IMG/VR virus record: IMGVR_UViG_3300009671_000009
Span: 160,467 to 224,466 of that record
Source: a virus
Lineage: Duplodnaviria; Caudoviricetes
Length of the DNA: 64,000 nt
Strand: one strand, 5' to 3'
Part shown: positions 1 to 10,574 of the stretch, in pieces
Numbering within the stretch: position 1 is the first letter of the stretch
Layout: each line of letters begins with the position of its first letter
Position numbers and translations under genes: made by a program
The notes under the pieces: generated by a model
Told to the model about the DNA's origin: nothing
Databases searched by the model: none
What the model saw: the letters and a program-made list of their open reading frames with translations, nothing else

Positions 1-3000
1 TTCACAACAAGACGAATCCTTGCTTGTGTTCCTGTTATGTTTTGTGTCCATCTGTCATAAGACAGAGTAACAACCTTTCCATCCATGCCCACAGTGGGAA
101 TATTTTGTGTTACCGATATCGGGCCACTGATCTCGTACTGTTTATATAGTCTTAAACAATACGGCATACTCTCTGGCAACACTGCATCTTCTTCGATTGA
201 AGCAACGCTACCGCTGATGTTCCAGTTAAGTCCTAGGTTACCGCTAAAATCTTGCATACCAAAGGCAGAGTTAAGGATGTAGTTGTAACCACCCATTGTC
301 AAATCAAGATTTTGGGCTCTGATCGCTTTGGCTGCAATCTTTTCTGAAGTTATAATTTCAGATTTAATATGCCTTGCTTCAATTGCTTCGGCTGCAATAT
401 TGATAGCATTGATAGTATTAGCATAAATTTGATTGCCGTGGATGGCGTCTACTGCTATGTCTTCGTTTCCGACTTGGCCAGGGACATAGTCGCGAGACTC
501 ATAATCAGACGGAGAATAGTTAGAAACATTGCCAGCAGAGTCTGCGGTAGCCACTCTATATTGGTAGAACCTAGTGTACTCTAGAGGAGTATCAATATGG
601 TATGATCCTCTTCCGACGTATATGACTTCCCAGTTTGTCCATGTTCTGTTCTGTGCATCATGAGGGTCGGTTGTTGATCTTCTCTCTAAAACATTTCCAA
701 CAACCTTACTCATCGAAATAGGAACGTCCCAATGCAAGGCAATAAGGTTTTTACCGATGTTCACTCCGAAGTTAGTTGGAGCATCTATTGGACGTACGAC
801 ACTGGAAGACAATCCAGATGCAACTCCGCTAAATGGGCCTTCATCGTTGAACTTGTTTGACGCTGTTACTTTAAAATAATAGATGGTGTTCGGAAATAAA
901 TTATGAGCTACGAAATCAACGTAAATAGGAGTAATGGTTGTCCCAGGATCTCTTACTGTTCCTACTTGGTAGTAAACCTGGTTGTCTTCGCTCATGTAGA
1001 TTTTGTAATGATCGGCATAGTCAACCTGTAACCATCTAAGCTTGATCCAGACGTCTGGTTCATCTCCGTACAGAATGTTGGGAGTTACTGCATTATCTGT
1101 TTGCCATATGACACCTGTATCTAGAGGCAAATCAATTGTTACTTCTCCTGGAACTATTCCTCCGCCAACAAAGTCAGTGATGTCGATAGATCTTATACCA
1201 TCGCTAATCACCATTGCTGAATGGTTGCCAAAACTGTCTACAGCTCTGACTCTGAAATACCACAGATTATGATCAGACGTGTCGTATAGGTAATTAGTAA
1301 TAACAGAAGGGATATTAACTGTTCTTGATATAGGATTAAATTCAGGATTGTCGGCAATATCAAGAGCATAATACGACAAATCAATACAAGTAGACTCATC
1401 TGTATTTGTGGTTACAGGCTCCCACTCCACTCCGATTGCAAGTACCTTAGAGTTAACTCTTATTTCTGATGGAGCATTTGGAATAGTATCGTCGTCTGGA
1501 GCACCAGAAACCCAGTATGGAGTAGACCATATGTGGTATTTATTTTCCACAACAACCGCAAAGTCATGAATTACTCCACCTTCAAGTCCTGATACCCTAA
1601 AAGTCTTAGTATTTTTGTCCCTTATCGCAGTAAGTACAACAGGGGTTGCTGCGCCACCGTATAACACATTGTAGCTATCAAAGTAATCTAGCTCATTGCC
1701 TACAGGGTAATATTGCCATGAGATTATAGCATCAAAGAAGTTATTTCCTTTTGGTTCATATCTAATAGAGATATCATATTGATCAATGTCGCTTGGAGCT
1801 ATATTGTATGTAGCCTGGAAAACATCTTCTACATATGTGCTTTCTGTGCCAGGAATTGATACCGCGGATATCCTATAATACACGTATGATCCATAGGGTA
1901 CTGTAAACGAATAATATGAGCCTCCTGCTTCGTAAGGAACAGCTTGAGGAGCTGCCCATCGTATTCCGTCGTTTGACAGATATACATTATAATGTCCTAC
2001 CTCTTGCGTACAAGAAATATCAAATCCTATAGTTGCAATCTCAGTACTTGTGGGAGAAAAATAAGGAGTTAGAATTACAGATGGTTGAGGTGGCTGAGTT
2101 GTATCTCCAGCTGTTACTGGCCCAACTTCACACGGATAGCTCTCTGCTCCGACTCCGTTATACGCAATTATCCTGTATAGGTATTCTCTACCATTAACGA
2201 GTTCCATATCTGGGTACTCATATGTTGCAGACCCAGAAGGAATGTCGGCAATCATTTTGAACGGAAGACCTTGAGACGATCTATAGATTCTATAACCTTT
2301 AAGTGCAACGACAGGCGTCGGCGTAGCTTCATCGTTAGTAGTTACTTCACTCCACTCGAGTACAACACCAGAAGTACCATTAAATAGCCCTTCTGCTGTC
2401 ACTAGTGGAGGGCTTGGTTTAAACGCGATATCGCTACTGATAGATCTAATTGTTACATTGGATAAGTTGCCTGACTCGTCTTCAGCTCTGAGCTGATAGG
2501 TGTAGGCAATCTGGCCAAGCACTCTTGCATGGATATATTTATATTCTCCATCTTCCCGTTTAGGCACAAACTGCAGTGGCTCATAGGATCCTATGTCAGA
2601 TCTCATGACATATATCCAAGTCCCTTTCAGATCAGACTCTTGGTCAGTAGTCCAAGATAAGATATTGTCAATAGAAGAATCTTCGTTGATTCTGGCTGTA
2701 AGGCTTAGCCAAGTTGGAACGTTAGGAGGAACAGAATCTCCTGCTTCTACTGAAACAACTGCAGACATATCTGATATTGCATTGTTACGATAAGCAACAA
2801 CTGCATAGTAATATGTTACATTTGCAGAAACAGATCTGTCTTGGTAAGTATAAGTATCAGATTGTGGGTTTTGAACTGGAACTTTACCAATCTCGAAAAG
2901 CGTAAAAGCATCCAAGCCTCTATAGACAACGTATCCAGTAAGTCCGCCAGGTAGTGATATTTCGGAATCATCTGTATATTGAGTTACCTTATCGAAAGTT

Positions 3001-4709
3001 ATATTTACTTCATTACTTCCATTTGGCATGACTACGATGTTTGTGGGAGACTTTGGGATATCTCCTCCTGCGACAATGTTTATCTCGCTAGAATAAGATG
3101 ATTCATTTAAAGATCTGTCTACTGCCGTCACAACAAATCTGTAAAGTGATCCTGCTAAGAATGTGTTTCCTGTCCACTCCCTGATTTGGTTAGCTTGTAC
3201 TACAGCCAACAAAGTAGCAGGGTCAGTTGAATTGTCATAGATCCTGTAATGATCTAGATCTAAAATTGTCGATCCGTCAGTATTGGTAGTAACCTGATCC
3301 CATTTAATTTTAATCCAACATGTTTGTGTACCGTGATCTCCATAACCAAGGAAGTCGGTGGTTATGGGATTGACAAATGCCCACTCGGGAGAAGAAGGAA
3401 TTGTTAAGTCTCCAGCAGAAACTGTGATTGAGTCACTTCTTGGAGATTGCGCTTTAAGTTTGTTCTCAGCACTAATACAGTATTGGACTGTCGCCCCGTT
3501 ATGTAAGTTGCGATGACGATATGTGTTAAATCCCTTTGGCACGAAAGACAGCAGCTGCCAATTGTCCATTAGCGCTGTTTTGTACCATAGCCGATACCCG
3601 CCAAAGTTTTGTTCTGTGTTTGGTGACCATGACAAATCAATATAGAAATCTGATCCTGCTCCGCCACCCGCTCCTGTAAGACCTGTCGGAATTGCAGGAA
3701 TTGTATAATCATCAGCTGGAACGTCAAGCCTAGTTGTTGGGCCAAAAGAAGACTCGTTGCTACCCCAATCGACGGCTATAACTCTATAGTAGTACGTTTG
3801 GCCAGCTATTACTGCCGTATCGACGTACTCAGAAGAATCTCTTTCAACGTTACCGATGGGTTTAAAATCTTCTACTGGTGGCTCAATTAAAGGAGAACCA
3901 GCAGCTCGGTAGATTCTCCATTGTTTGAGGTTGATCTCTTTATACGGAGTCCATGCAATAGCATACTGCAAAATTTCAACACTTTGATCATAACTTACAA
4001 ACAAGTCTAGCGGAGCCCATAGAAATCTTGTATCGACAACTGTTATATCTCCGTTTAGATCAATAACAATTTTGGCAAGCCTTATGGCGTTGGCCGCATA
4101 CAAATTCGTATCCCAAGTACAGTAACCTATTACGCCATCTGGGTTAACATAGACAGCATAAGTAACGTTGGTAGTATCTGGCAAACGAAGACCTACCTCT
4201 TTGGCAATAAGAATTCGTTTGCCTCCAAGATACGCAGTTCCAGGCTGAACTGTAACGTTGGCACCTTGTCCTTTTTCTACAACTAAACCGTCCTTGACAA
4301 AGAACTGATTGGTTTCAGCATATTCCGATCCAGTAATTTTTACGTCACACGAAGTAAGAGACCATTCACTTTCAATGCCCTCTGTCTTACTAATGGACTT
4401 AACGCGCAAAGAAAGTGTTCTGTCAAGATAATCTGTTTCAAAAATTACCTTCTGGGGCGGCCCAATATCTTTGGTGTTATCCTTAGATGATAAAATACCA
4501 TGGAAGCCGTCATATGGCTTCCATGATTTAGTGTTGATATCCCACAGCTCAACTATGAAATATTTTACAGCCGACACGTCAGGAACAGACCAGGACAATC
4601 CTACATTCTGCCCATCTCCCATGTTTGTGGCTTGTAGATTCGATATTGTTATCTTGTTTCTCTGAGCCAGAACGCTTAATTGGTTCTGGAGATTTCCAAG
4701 TTCGGCCAT
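1..4709 (-). CDS. Large tail fibre / host-specificity protein with many fibronectin type III-like repeats (>1560 aa, truncated at the left edge)
   Basis: Not in the ORF track because there is no stop within the window. ATG at 4709 follows the RBS AGGAGG, and my manual translation (MAELGNLQNQ...) stays open to the edge. Repeated FN3 signatures: 'IDLSWSPNTEQNFGGYRLW', 'YYYRVIAVDWGSNES', 'YRFVVTAVDRSLNES', 'WYFRVRAVDSFGNHS', 'YQYRVATADSAGNVS'. These are followed by an 'I.A..I.A..I' fibre repeat and an 'NYILNSAF' carbohydrate-binding-like start. Confidence 0.85.
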   Translation of the reverse strand, partial: MAELGNLQNQLSVLAQRNKITISNLQATNMGDGQNVGLSWSVPDVSAVKYFIVELWDINTKSWKPYDGFHGILSSKDNTKDIGPPQKVIFETDYLDRTLSLRVKSISKTEGIESEWSLTSCDVKITGSEYAETNQFFVKDGLVVEKGQGANVTVQPGTAYLGGKRILIAKEVGLRLPDTTNVTYAVYVNPDGVIGYCTWDTNLYAANAIRLAKIVIDLNGDITVVDTRFLWAPLDLFVSYDQSVEILQYAIAWTPYKEINLKQWRIYRAAGSPLIEPPVEDFKPIGNVERDSSEYVDTAVIAGQTYYYRVIAVDWGSNESSFGPTTRLDVPADDYTIPAIPTGLTGAGGGAGSDFYIDLSWSPNTEQNFGGYRLWYKTALMDNWQLLSFVPKGFNTYRHRNLHNGATVQYCISAENKLKAQSPRSDSITVSAGDLTIPSSPEWAFVNPITTDFLGYGDHGTQTCWIKIKWDQVTTNTDGSTILDLDHYRIYDNSTDPATLLAVVQANQIREWTGNTFLAGSLYRFVVTAVDRSLNESSYSSEINIVAGGDIPKSPTNIVVMPNGSNEVNITFDKVTQYTDDSEISLPGGLTGYVVYRGLDAFTLFEIGKVPVQNPQSDTYTYQDRSVSANVTYYYAVVAYRNNAISDMSAVVSVEAGDSVPPNVPTWLSLTARINEDSSIDNILSWTTDQESDLKGTWIYVMRSDIGSYEPLQFVPKREDGEYKYIHARVLGQIAYTYQLRAEDESGNLSNVTIRSISSDIAFKPSPPLVTAEGLFNGTSGVVLEWSEVTTNDEATPTPVVALKGYRIYRSSQGLPFKMIADIPSGSATYEYPDMELVNGREYLYRIIAYNGVGAESYPCEVGPVTAGDTTQPPQPSVILTPYFSPTSTEIATIGFDISCTQEVGHYNVYLSNDGIRWAAPQAVPYEAGGSYYSFTVPYGSYVYYRISAVSIPGTESTYVEDVFQATYNIAPSDIDQYDISIRYEPKGNNFFDAIISWQYYPVGNELDYFDSYNVLYGGAATPVVLTAIRDKNTKTFRVSGLEGGVIHDFAVVVENKYHIWSTPYWVSGAPDDDTIPNAPSEIRVNSKVLAIGVEWEPVTTNTDESTCIDLSYYALDIADNPEFNPISRTVNIPSVITNYLYDTSDHNLWYFRVRAVDSFGNHSAMVISDGIRSIDITDFVGGGIVPGEVTIDLPLDTGVIWQTDNAVTPNILYGDEPDVWIKLRWLQVDYADHYKIYMSEDNQVYYQVGTVRDPGTTITPIYVDFVAHNLFPNTIYYFKVTASNKFNDEGPFSGVASGLSSSVVRPIDAPTNFGVNIGKNLIALHWDVPISMSKVVGNVLERRSTTDPHDAQNRTWTNWEVIYVGRGSYHIDTPLEYTRFYQYRVATADSAGNVSNYSPSDYESRDYVPGQVGNEDIAVDAIHGNQIYANTINAINIAAEAIEARHIKSEIITSEKIAAKAIRAQNLDLTMGGYNYILNSAFGMQDFSGNLGLNWNISGSVASIEEDAVLPESMPYCLRLYKQYEISGPISVTQNIPTVGMDGKVVTLSYDRWTQNITGTQARIRLVV

Positions 4710-4721
4710 GAGTTAAGCCTC

Positions 4722-7700
4722 CTATTTGTTAGGGTCATATTGAACAAACACATAAATGCCGTAGGCAACGTGCTGATTAATAATTTCAAGAATATCTTCT
4801 TCGGTAAACTTACCTCCGTGCTTTTTGAGCAACGACTGAGGCAATGTTATTTCGATAACTCCGTTGCTTGGATAAGGCAGTCCATCCCATGATCCTACAT
4901 CCCAAATGTATGAGGATTCTGGATCTTTGACTGCCTTGACTGCTTCGGGAGAAAGCTTATCTTTAAACCCGCCCCCGCGTCTTCTAGCATCGGTTGATTG
5001 AACCATAGAGGGTACCGCGGGCCGTTTAAGATGCACTTTAGCAATGACGATTACTCCTCCAGCATATTCTTCAACAGGTGTGGTATCTGATGGAGTTGTT
5101 GGCTCGTAAGTAAGACTGTCAATAATTTCTGCTACAGCCTCTGATTCTGTCTTTGTTTTATCAATTATCTTATGACGCAAAGAAAACACAACAGGGTCTG
5201 TAGTTTCACCTGTATTTCGATTATAAATATACGTAGGAACAAGATAGAAGTATATCGATTTATTAAGCAACTCCAAACTAGGAGCTAACTCCCCAGCGTC
5301 ATTGGTGTATACATGCCCAGGCATTGGATTTAAATCTAAGTAATAGAACTTAGAAGTATTGACATCTCCATACCCTTTGTAGACAAGGTGCTTTTGGTGG
5401 AAATAGTAATCAACATAAATTTTATCTGTATACGAGAGCTGTCGATCAAGTCTTATTTCTCCAGTATACATGTTCCAATTTATAATAGGAATCTCAGTTA
5501 TAACATCTTCGATATCCAAGTACACCTTAATATTAGTCGGATTACCGTCTTCATCACACACTACGTGTAGTGGAGTATGCTTAACTGTAATAGTAACAGC
5601 ATCATATATTTCTGCCTGTTCCTTTACAACGTAGCTGTAAGGAACCTCTGGATGAAAAGCCTGGCTAGCATATTCGGGTAAGTGATAATCCAAGAACAAA
5701 TCCTGGGTTGCATCTTTTTTCTCTCTAGTCATCCGCCCGTTATTAACTTTCGGGAGCCACATTTCGTCTTTATCCATGCTCTCAAAGGGGAACATAAAGA
5801 TCTTACCGCTCTCGTCGTTCTTGGCACTAAACATTCTAGAGTAATATGCCTCTTCTGCTTCGCTGTTTATAGACATTACTATGCTATAGTCGGTTATGTC
5901 TGGATAAGTAAAGTAGATCCCATCTTGGTCATCTGGTAATCTTCCAAGGGGATATCTCCAATTCCATAGATTGCCCGAGCTTTTTTTGATCGCAGAAAGA
6001 GATGCATAAGGGTTTGCTGGTATTGGAGTAGTAGCAGTTGTATCTCCCAAAGTAATTCTATACTTTAGATTATCCTTAGTATACTCTTCTGGAATCATGT
6101 CGTTCTCAAGTAACAACTGGTAAAGATCAATCTTATAAGGAGAAGCTTTGCTTACCGAGAACCCTAAACTGATCTTGGTATCACAGTTGTGTTCTATATC
6201 TGGTGGATCGTAATAATTATATGCATTTACCTCGAACAGTTCGAACCCCGATTGGTAAAGATCCCTGTAATATTTCTTCCACAATTTTCTTTTATACACG
6301 TAACTTCTTGTATACCAAACACTAGGAGTAATCGTGATAAGTAGTTGTGTTACATCTGAAACAAGACCGCTTGTATTTTCTGCAGTGTAGTATCTGCCGT
6401 ATCCATAGAACACTGTCTCAGTCTCGTTTAAAGTAAGGGTGACCAATGTTCCATTAGATTGCCTAGCTCGTACCTGGGCAAGGTTGCCTCTAAGACCCAT
6501 AACCACTTGAATCTTGTGAAGATCGGTTGATCGTTGTAAGTTAACAGTAACAGTTACAGCAGCAGTTGGAGGGCTGGTATCCTCATCACTTCTGACATAA
6601 AAAGCACCCACGTAATCCTGCCCCCACCAGCGGTCGCCTGGGCTTCTACCGTCTATAGCACACGCTGGACTTGTAGAGTAAGGGTATTGACTACTATTGA
6701 GATTAGATGTAGCAGTAGCCCCAACTGAAGTTTTCGATACATTAGTTTTAACAACAGGGATAACTGTCACGTCAGGAGGATCTAGCCATCTTTCAATTGT
6801 TATGTCTACTGGAACTTGTTCATATGCTTTGTCTATATTTCCTGGCTGGTCTATTTTTCCGCCAGTATCGTTCATAGTCCAAGCAAGCAATTGATTTCCA
6901 TTGAACTCAAAGTAAACTGTATTGCTAGAATCTTGAACCCACGAAGACGAATCAGGATCCCATATCTCGTATTCCACAGAATAGCTCGGGACTGCTCCTG
7001 CAATTTCATCTGCAATATTTTCACTTAATGTTTTTTTGGCCACACCGTCTTCTTCTGTGTAAACAGTTTTACCGCCAAATGTAAAATCTTCTTCGTATAA
7101 AGAGCCTAGACTAAGTAGATATTCACTTTTCCAGGTTGACCTCTTGTCGTTTCCTTCTCTGAGCCTCCACCTAAATAAGACCTCATTACGAATCAGCATA
7201 TCTATATCTTCAGCAGTATAGACTTTGTACCCTTCATCGGTAACGACTTTTTCAAGAGCAAATATGTTTGAGCCATCTTCTGCAGCCAACACTTCGTTTT
7301 TTTCGGCCTTAACAAATAAGGGCTCCGAGTTATAAATTTCTTCAAAACCGTGCTCGGCAATCTGATTAGTTGCGTTCCACTTGGAATATTCGACAACATA
7401 GTATTTGTCCACAGAAGAAGTAAAGTCAGAATAGATGTGCACTTTATAGATTTCTTCAGAGCCGATAGATTCTAGACATACGATATAGTTGCCTTCTGGC
7501 GGAGTATCGTTATCATGCAATCTAATATTGTGACCAAGATAAATTCTCTGAAGATCATTTGGAGCTCCATCTGTCGTCAGAGGAGGATTTTTTTCATAAT
7601 GCTTAAATCTTGTGACGTAGTGATAATACATCGGTATTAGTTTTCCGTCAGATAGTTCCTTATAATAGTTGGTAAAAAGAACGTTATCTATTGGTACATA

Positions 7701-7946
7701 GGAAGTTCCAGAGCTATCTTTTACAAGTCTTCCACTTCCAGCCCAAAATGTTTTTTCAAACTCTTCTACAACAGTAGTATTTTCAGGAATATTATTGCTG
7801 TAGTCGTACAGTTCTACCACATCTTCAGAAATGAGTTCTGGGCTATTTACATACGCAAGATTAACTGTGTTGTCTGGTAAAACAGCTCCAACTCTTACTG
7901 AGGGTTCTGTGTTTGCGTCGTCTATGTTATCTTTGAATCTATGCAT
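4722..7946 (-). CDS. Baseplate/tail structural protein (1074 aa), possible discoidin/CBM-like insert
   Basis: Long ORF between baseplate and fibre genes. The internal segment 'ACAIDGRSPGDRWW...VTVNLQRSTDLHKIQV' resembles F5/8-type beta-sandwich domains. Confidence 0.6.
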   Translation of the reverse strand: MHRFKDNIDDANTEPSVRVGAVLPDNTVNLAYVNSPELISEDVVELYDYSNNIPENTTVVEEFEKTFWAGSGRLVKDSSGTSYVPIDNVLFTNYYKELSDGKLIPMYYHYVTRFKHYEKNPPLTTDGAPNDLQRIYLGHNIRLHDNDTPPEGNYIVCLESIGSEEIYKVHIYSDFTSSVDKYYVVEYSKWNATNQIAEHGFEEIYNSEPLFVKAEKNEVLAAEDGSNIFALEKVVTDEGYKVYTAEDIDMLIRNEVLFRWRLREGNDKRSTWKSEYLLSLGSLYEEDFTFGGKTVYTEEDGVAKKTLSENIADEIAGAVPSYSVEYEIWDPDSSSWVQDSSNTVYFEFNGNQLLAWTMNDTGGKIDQPGNIDKAYEQVPVDITIERWLDPPDVTVIPVVKTNVSKTSVGATATSNLNSSQYPYSTSPACAIDGRSPGDRWWGQDYVGAFYVRSDEDTSPPTAAVTVTVNLQRSTDLHKIQVVMGLRGNLAQVRARQSNGTLVTLTLNETETVFYGYGRYYTAENTSGLVSDVTQLLITITPSVWYTRSYVYKRKLWKKYYRDLYQSGFELFEVNAYNYYDPPDIEHNCDTKISLGFSVSKASPYKIDLYQLLLENDMIPEEYTKDNLKYRITLGDTTATTPIPANPYASLSAIKKSSGNLWNWRYPLGRLPDDQDGIYFTYPDITDYSIVMSINSEAEEAYYSRMFSAKNDESGKIFMFPFESMDKDEMWLPKVNNGRMTREKKDATQDLFLDYHLPEYASQAFHPEVPYSYVVKEQAEIYDAVTITVKHTPLHVVCDEDGNPTNIKVYLDIEDVITEIPIINWNMYTGEIRLDRQLSYTDKIYVDYYFHQKHLVYKGYGDVNTSKFYYLDLNPMPGHVYTNDAGELAPSLELLNKSIYFYLVPTYIYNRNTGETTDPVVFSLRHKIIDKTKTESEAVAEIIDSLTYEPTTPSDTTPVEEYAGGVIVIAKVHLKRPAVPSMVQSTDARRRGGGFKDKLSPEAVKAVKDPESSYIWDVGSWDGLPYPSNGVIEITLPQSLLKKHGGKFTEEDILEIINQHVAYGIYVFVQYDPNK

Positions 7947-7951
7947 CTGTT

Positions 7952-10561
7952 TTACCTCACTTTAATCTCTGCTATTTCACTGGCGATTCCGCTAGTGAAA
8001 GTTATCTTGGTCGAACAAGGAATAATATTGTCATTCACGTCTAACGGCATGTCGTCGCTATCAGGAGCAATATATCTATAAACTTTTCGGTTATAGAAAG
8101 TCCCAACTAATTCAAGGGTTCCGTTTACTGCAACAACAGATCCTGTATCATCCCTGGTCATTTCTACGGAATAGTTGGGTTCGACATTTAAAACAGGATT
8201 ACCATATCTGTCTATGCAATCTACTATTATAGTACATGAATCCACGGCATCTGCACAAATTACGTCAGGATGAACCTTGATATCAAAATCATTCAACTCA
8301 GGAACAGCTCCAGTAATGTACACAAATCCGTCTGTGATATGAGAAAACATAGGATCGAAACTCAGCAAATCATATTCACGATAGGCCGTTTGATCTTGTG
8401 ACTCTAAGACAACTTCTATATCAGCATATTCATCAGAGAAAATCAACTTGGCTGTTCCGTCTTCTACAGTTAAAACAAACGAATCTTGTTGGCGATACAA
8501 CACCGAAAGCAATTCGTCCGACTCTATCGTACGATCTAGCATAATGATGTTCTCATCCGTAGCTAACACTTCGCACCCGCTAACAACAACCCCGATAGGG
8601 TCAGCATAATTTAGAGCAATCTGGTTTGTTCCGTTCCCGTATATCTCCTCTACATTTACAATAGAAGGCTCTCCACCTACAACGAAACTCACCTGTGAAA
8701 GTGTTATTTGTTCGCTATCGCGTGTTGCATTAACAATTATAGGAGCTCCTTGCATTGGAAAGTTCTCGAGTGTCACCTCTGAGGTGGGGCCGATGAAGTT
8801 TTCTATAGCACTCTTTGCGTAAACATAGTGTTCAGCACAAAAGCTTACAATTAGCATAGACCCTGCAGCGACTGGTGATGTTTGAATTCTGTTCTTTTTG
8901 ACACCGATAACAGTAGGACTTATTTTGTTACCGCTTGGGTCAGTTCCAGTTATTGTCACAAACTGAGGATTTTTGTATCTAGTATATATTATATTCGTTC
9001 CATCGGCAGTATGTGTTTCTTTTACCGAAAGATAATAAAATCCTGAATGGATTAATGGAGACCACGAGACGTCTTCAAATTTGATCTTGCAATCATACCC
9101 ATCACCGATACCTGTTTGGAGATATGCGTTTGCTATTTCTCCTAGCCGCGGATCCCACTTGTTAGGCAACACATGAAGACCCATGAGGTTTTTACCTACA
9201 ACATCCCAGTAACTTTCGTCCCATTTCCATTTGCCCCACATAATAGGCACAAATGTATTAAGTTCGTCTACATAATTCTTTAGTTTCTGGGAAGGGCTTC
9301 CATCTACTTCAAACAAACTATTTCTGAAAGCATCGTCGTGTAGAGCTTCCATTTGGACATCGTGAATACACGAAACTACAGCCTCTTTTGGCACGTACTC
9401 AAGCGTGATGTTTCTAAGTTCTACTGTGTCTGTTCTAAGAGGACGCGACAGAGTTATAATAAGTCTGATAGGTTCTTCAATACGAATAGGCGTTGTGCCC
9501 AATAAATTTGTGACTCCTGTTATTCCTTTAACAATGTAAGCTTTGCTTTGATCGACGTACTTATCAAAATCATATCTAACTATATCGACTTTGATGTCGC
9601 CATCTCCATCTATCACTATTGTGCTCCATTCTTTTAGATTGGATGGATTAATAACAGGCGTTATTATGTGGCCTTGTTTTACTCCGCTAACAAGTTTGAC
9701 AGTTTTTGTCGGAGACAACACAGTGTTGCTAAATTGATATGATAAATTCTTATCATAAAAAACACGATACTTGGGGTATATTGTATATTCTTTTGTAGCG
9801 TAGTCATACTCATATTGACCATCTTGCAGAACTTGACCATTAACGATAAAGGTTTCTGGAATAATTGATATCCCCTCGATTTCCTCGTTAATTACAAATG
9901 AAGTTGAATCTTCTGGCCAAGTTGTGGAAAATACCAATCCTAACTCTCTGCCAACAGCTCTTTGAAGACCTAGCTTGGTAGAATTGCCAGGAAATCTGAA
10001 TACATCTAAGACTCTCTCTTTTAGTTCTGAATTCGTTTCCATAAACCTTCTTCTGATGCCTAATAGAAGGGCAAACTCATCAAATACATTCCATACATGA
10101 TGAGCCAATATGTCTGTAAGACTTTCAGAACCAAATTTTATCCAGCTGTAGTTTTGTTTGAAATAAAGAGTCTTGGCCCCGAAATCAATAATGAAAGGAT
10201 GATCGTCTATATTAGAACCATAAAACTCAAACAAAGTAACGCACTCTTGCATATCGGTCGGATTTGGTGTTGCACTAAAGTCAAACCCTTGCACAATTGT
10301 CACAGAGTCTGCATCATCTGTTTTGAACCTTGTCTTATAAATCCAGGCCACTTCTCCAATATTCGCTGTACCTATGTATTGATTGTCTAAGGCAGCTTGT
10401 AGAAATCCATCTACTTCTTGTACTTCAAGACCAAATACATTTAGGAATTGAGCTCCAAGTGCATTCGGATCTTTTCTTATTTTTGTCCACGTCGGAAAGG
10501 CCCTAACTAGTTTGGCCGTAACATATGAGTAGGGAAAATCAGCCGTATATCCGTTAAACAA
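7952..10561 (-). CDS. Baseplate wedge-like protein (869 aa)
   Basis: Follows the baseplate J-like gene. 'DEFALLLGIRRRFMETNSELKERVL...NSTKLGLQRAV' is typical of wedge (gpI/J-like) proteins. C-terminus is Ig-like ('ADAVDSCTIIVDCIDRYGNPV'). Confidence 0.65.
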   Translation of the reverse strand: MFNGYTADFPYSYVTAKLVRAFPTWTKIRKDPNALGAQFLNVFGLEVQEVDGFLQAALDNQYIGTANIGEVAWIYKTRFKTDDADSVTIVQGFDFSATPNPTDMQECVTLFEFYGSNIDDHPFIIDFGAKTLYFKQNYSWIKFGSESLTDILAHHVWNVFDEFALLLGIRRRFMETNSELKERVLDVFRFPGNSTKLGLQRAVGRELGLVFSTTWPEDSTSFVINEEIEGISIIPETFIVNGQVLQDGQYEYDYATKEYTIYPKYRVFYDKNLSYQFSNTVLSPTKTVKLVSGVKQGHIITPVINPSNLKEWSTIVIDGDGDIKVDIVRYDFDKYVDQSKAYIVKGITGVTNLLGTTPIRIEEPIRLIITLSRPLRTDTVELRNITLEYVPKEAVVSCIHDVQMEALHDDAFRNSLFEVDGSPSQKLKNYVDELNTFVPIMWGKWKWDESYWDVVGKNLMGLHVLPNKWDPRLGEIANAYLQTGIGDGYDCKIKFEDVSWSPLIHSGFYYLSVKETHTADGTNIIYTRYKNPQFVTITGTDPSGNKISPTVIGVKKNRIQTSPVAAGSMLIVSFCAEHYVYAKSAIENFIGPTSEVTLENFPMQGAPIIVNATRDSEQITLSQVSFVVGGEPSIVNVEEIYGNGTNQIALNYADPIGVVVSGCEVLATDENIIMLDRTIESDELLSVLYRQQDSFVLTVEDGTAKLIFSDEYADIEVVLESQDQTAYREYDLLSFDPMFSHITDGFVYITGAVPELNDFDIKVHPDVICADAVDSCTIIVDCIDRYGNPVLNVEPNYSVEMTRDDTGSVVAVNGTLELVGTFYNRKVYRYIAPDSDDMPLDVNDNIIPCSTKITFTSGIASEIAEIKVR

Positions 10562-10574
10562 TTAAAGCCCTCCT

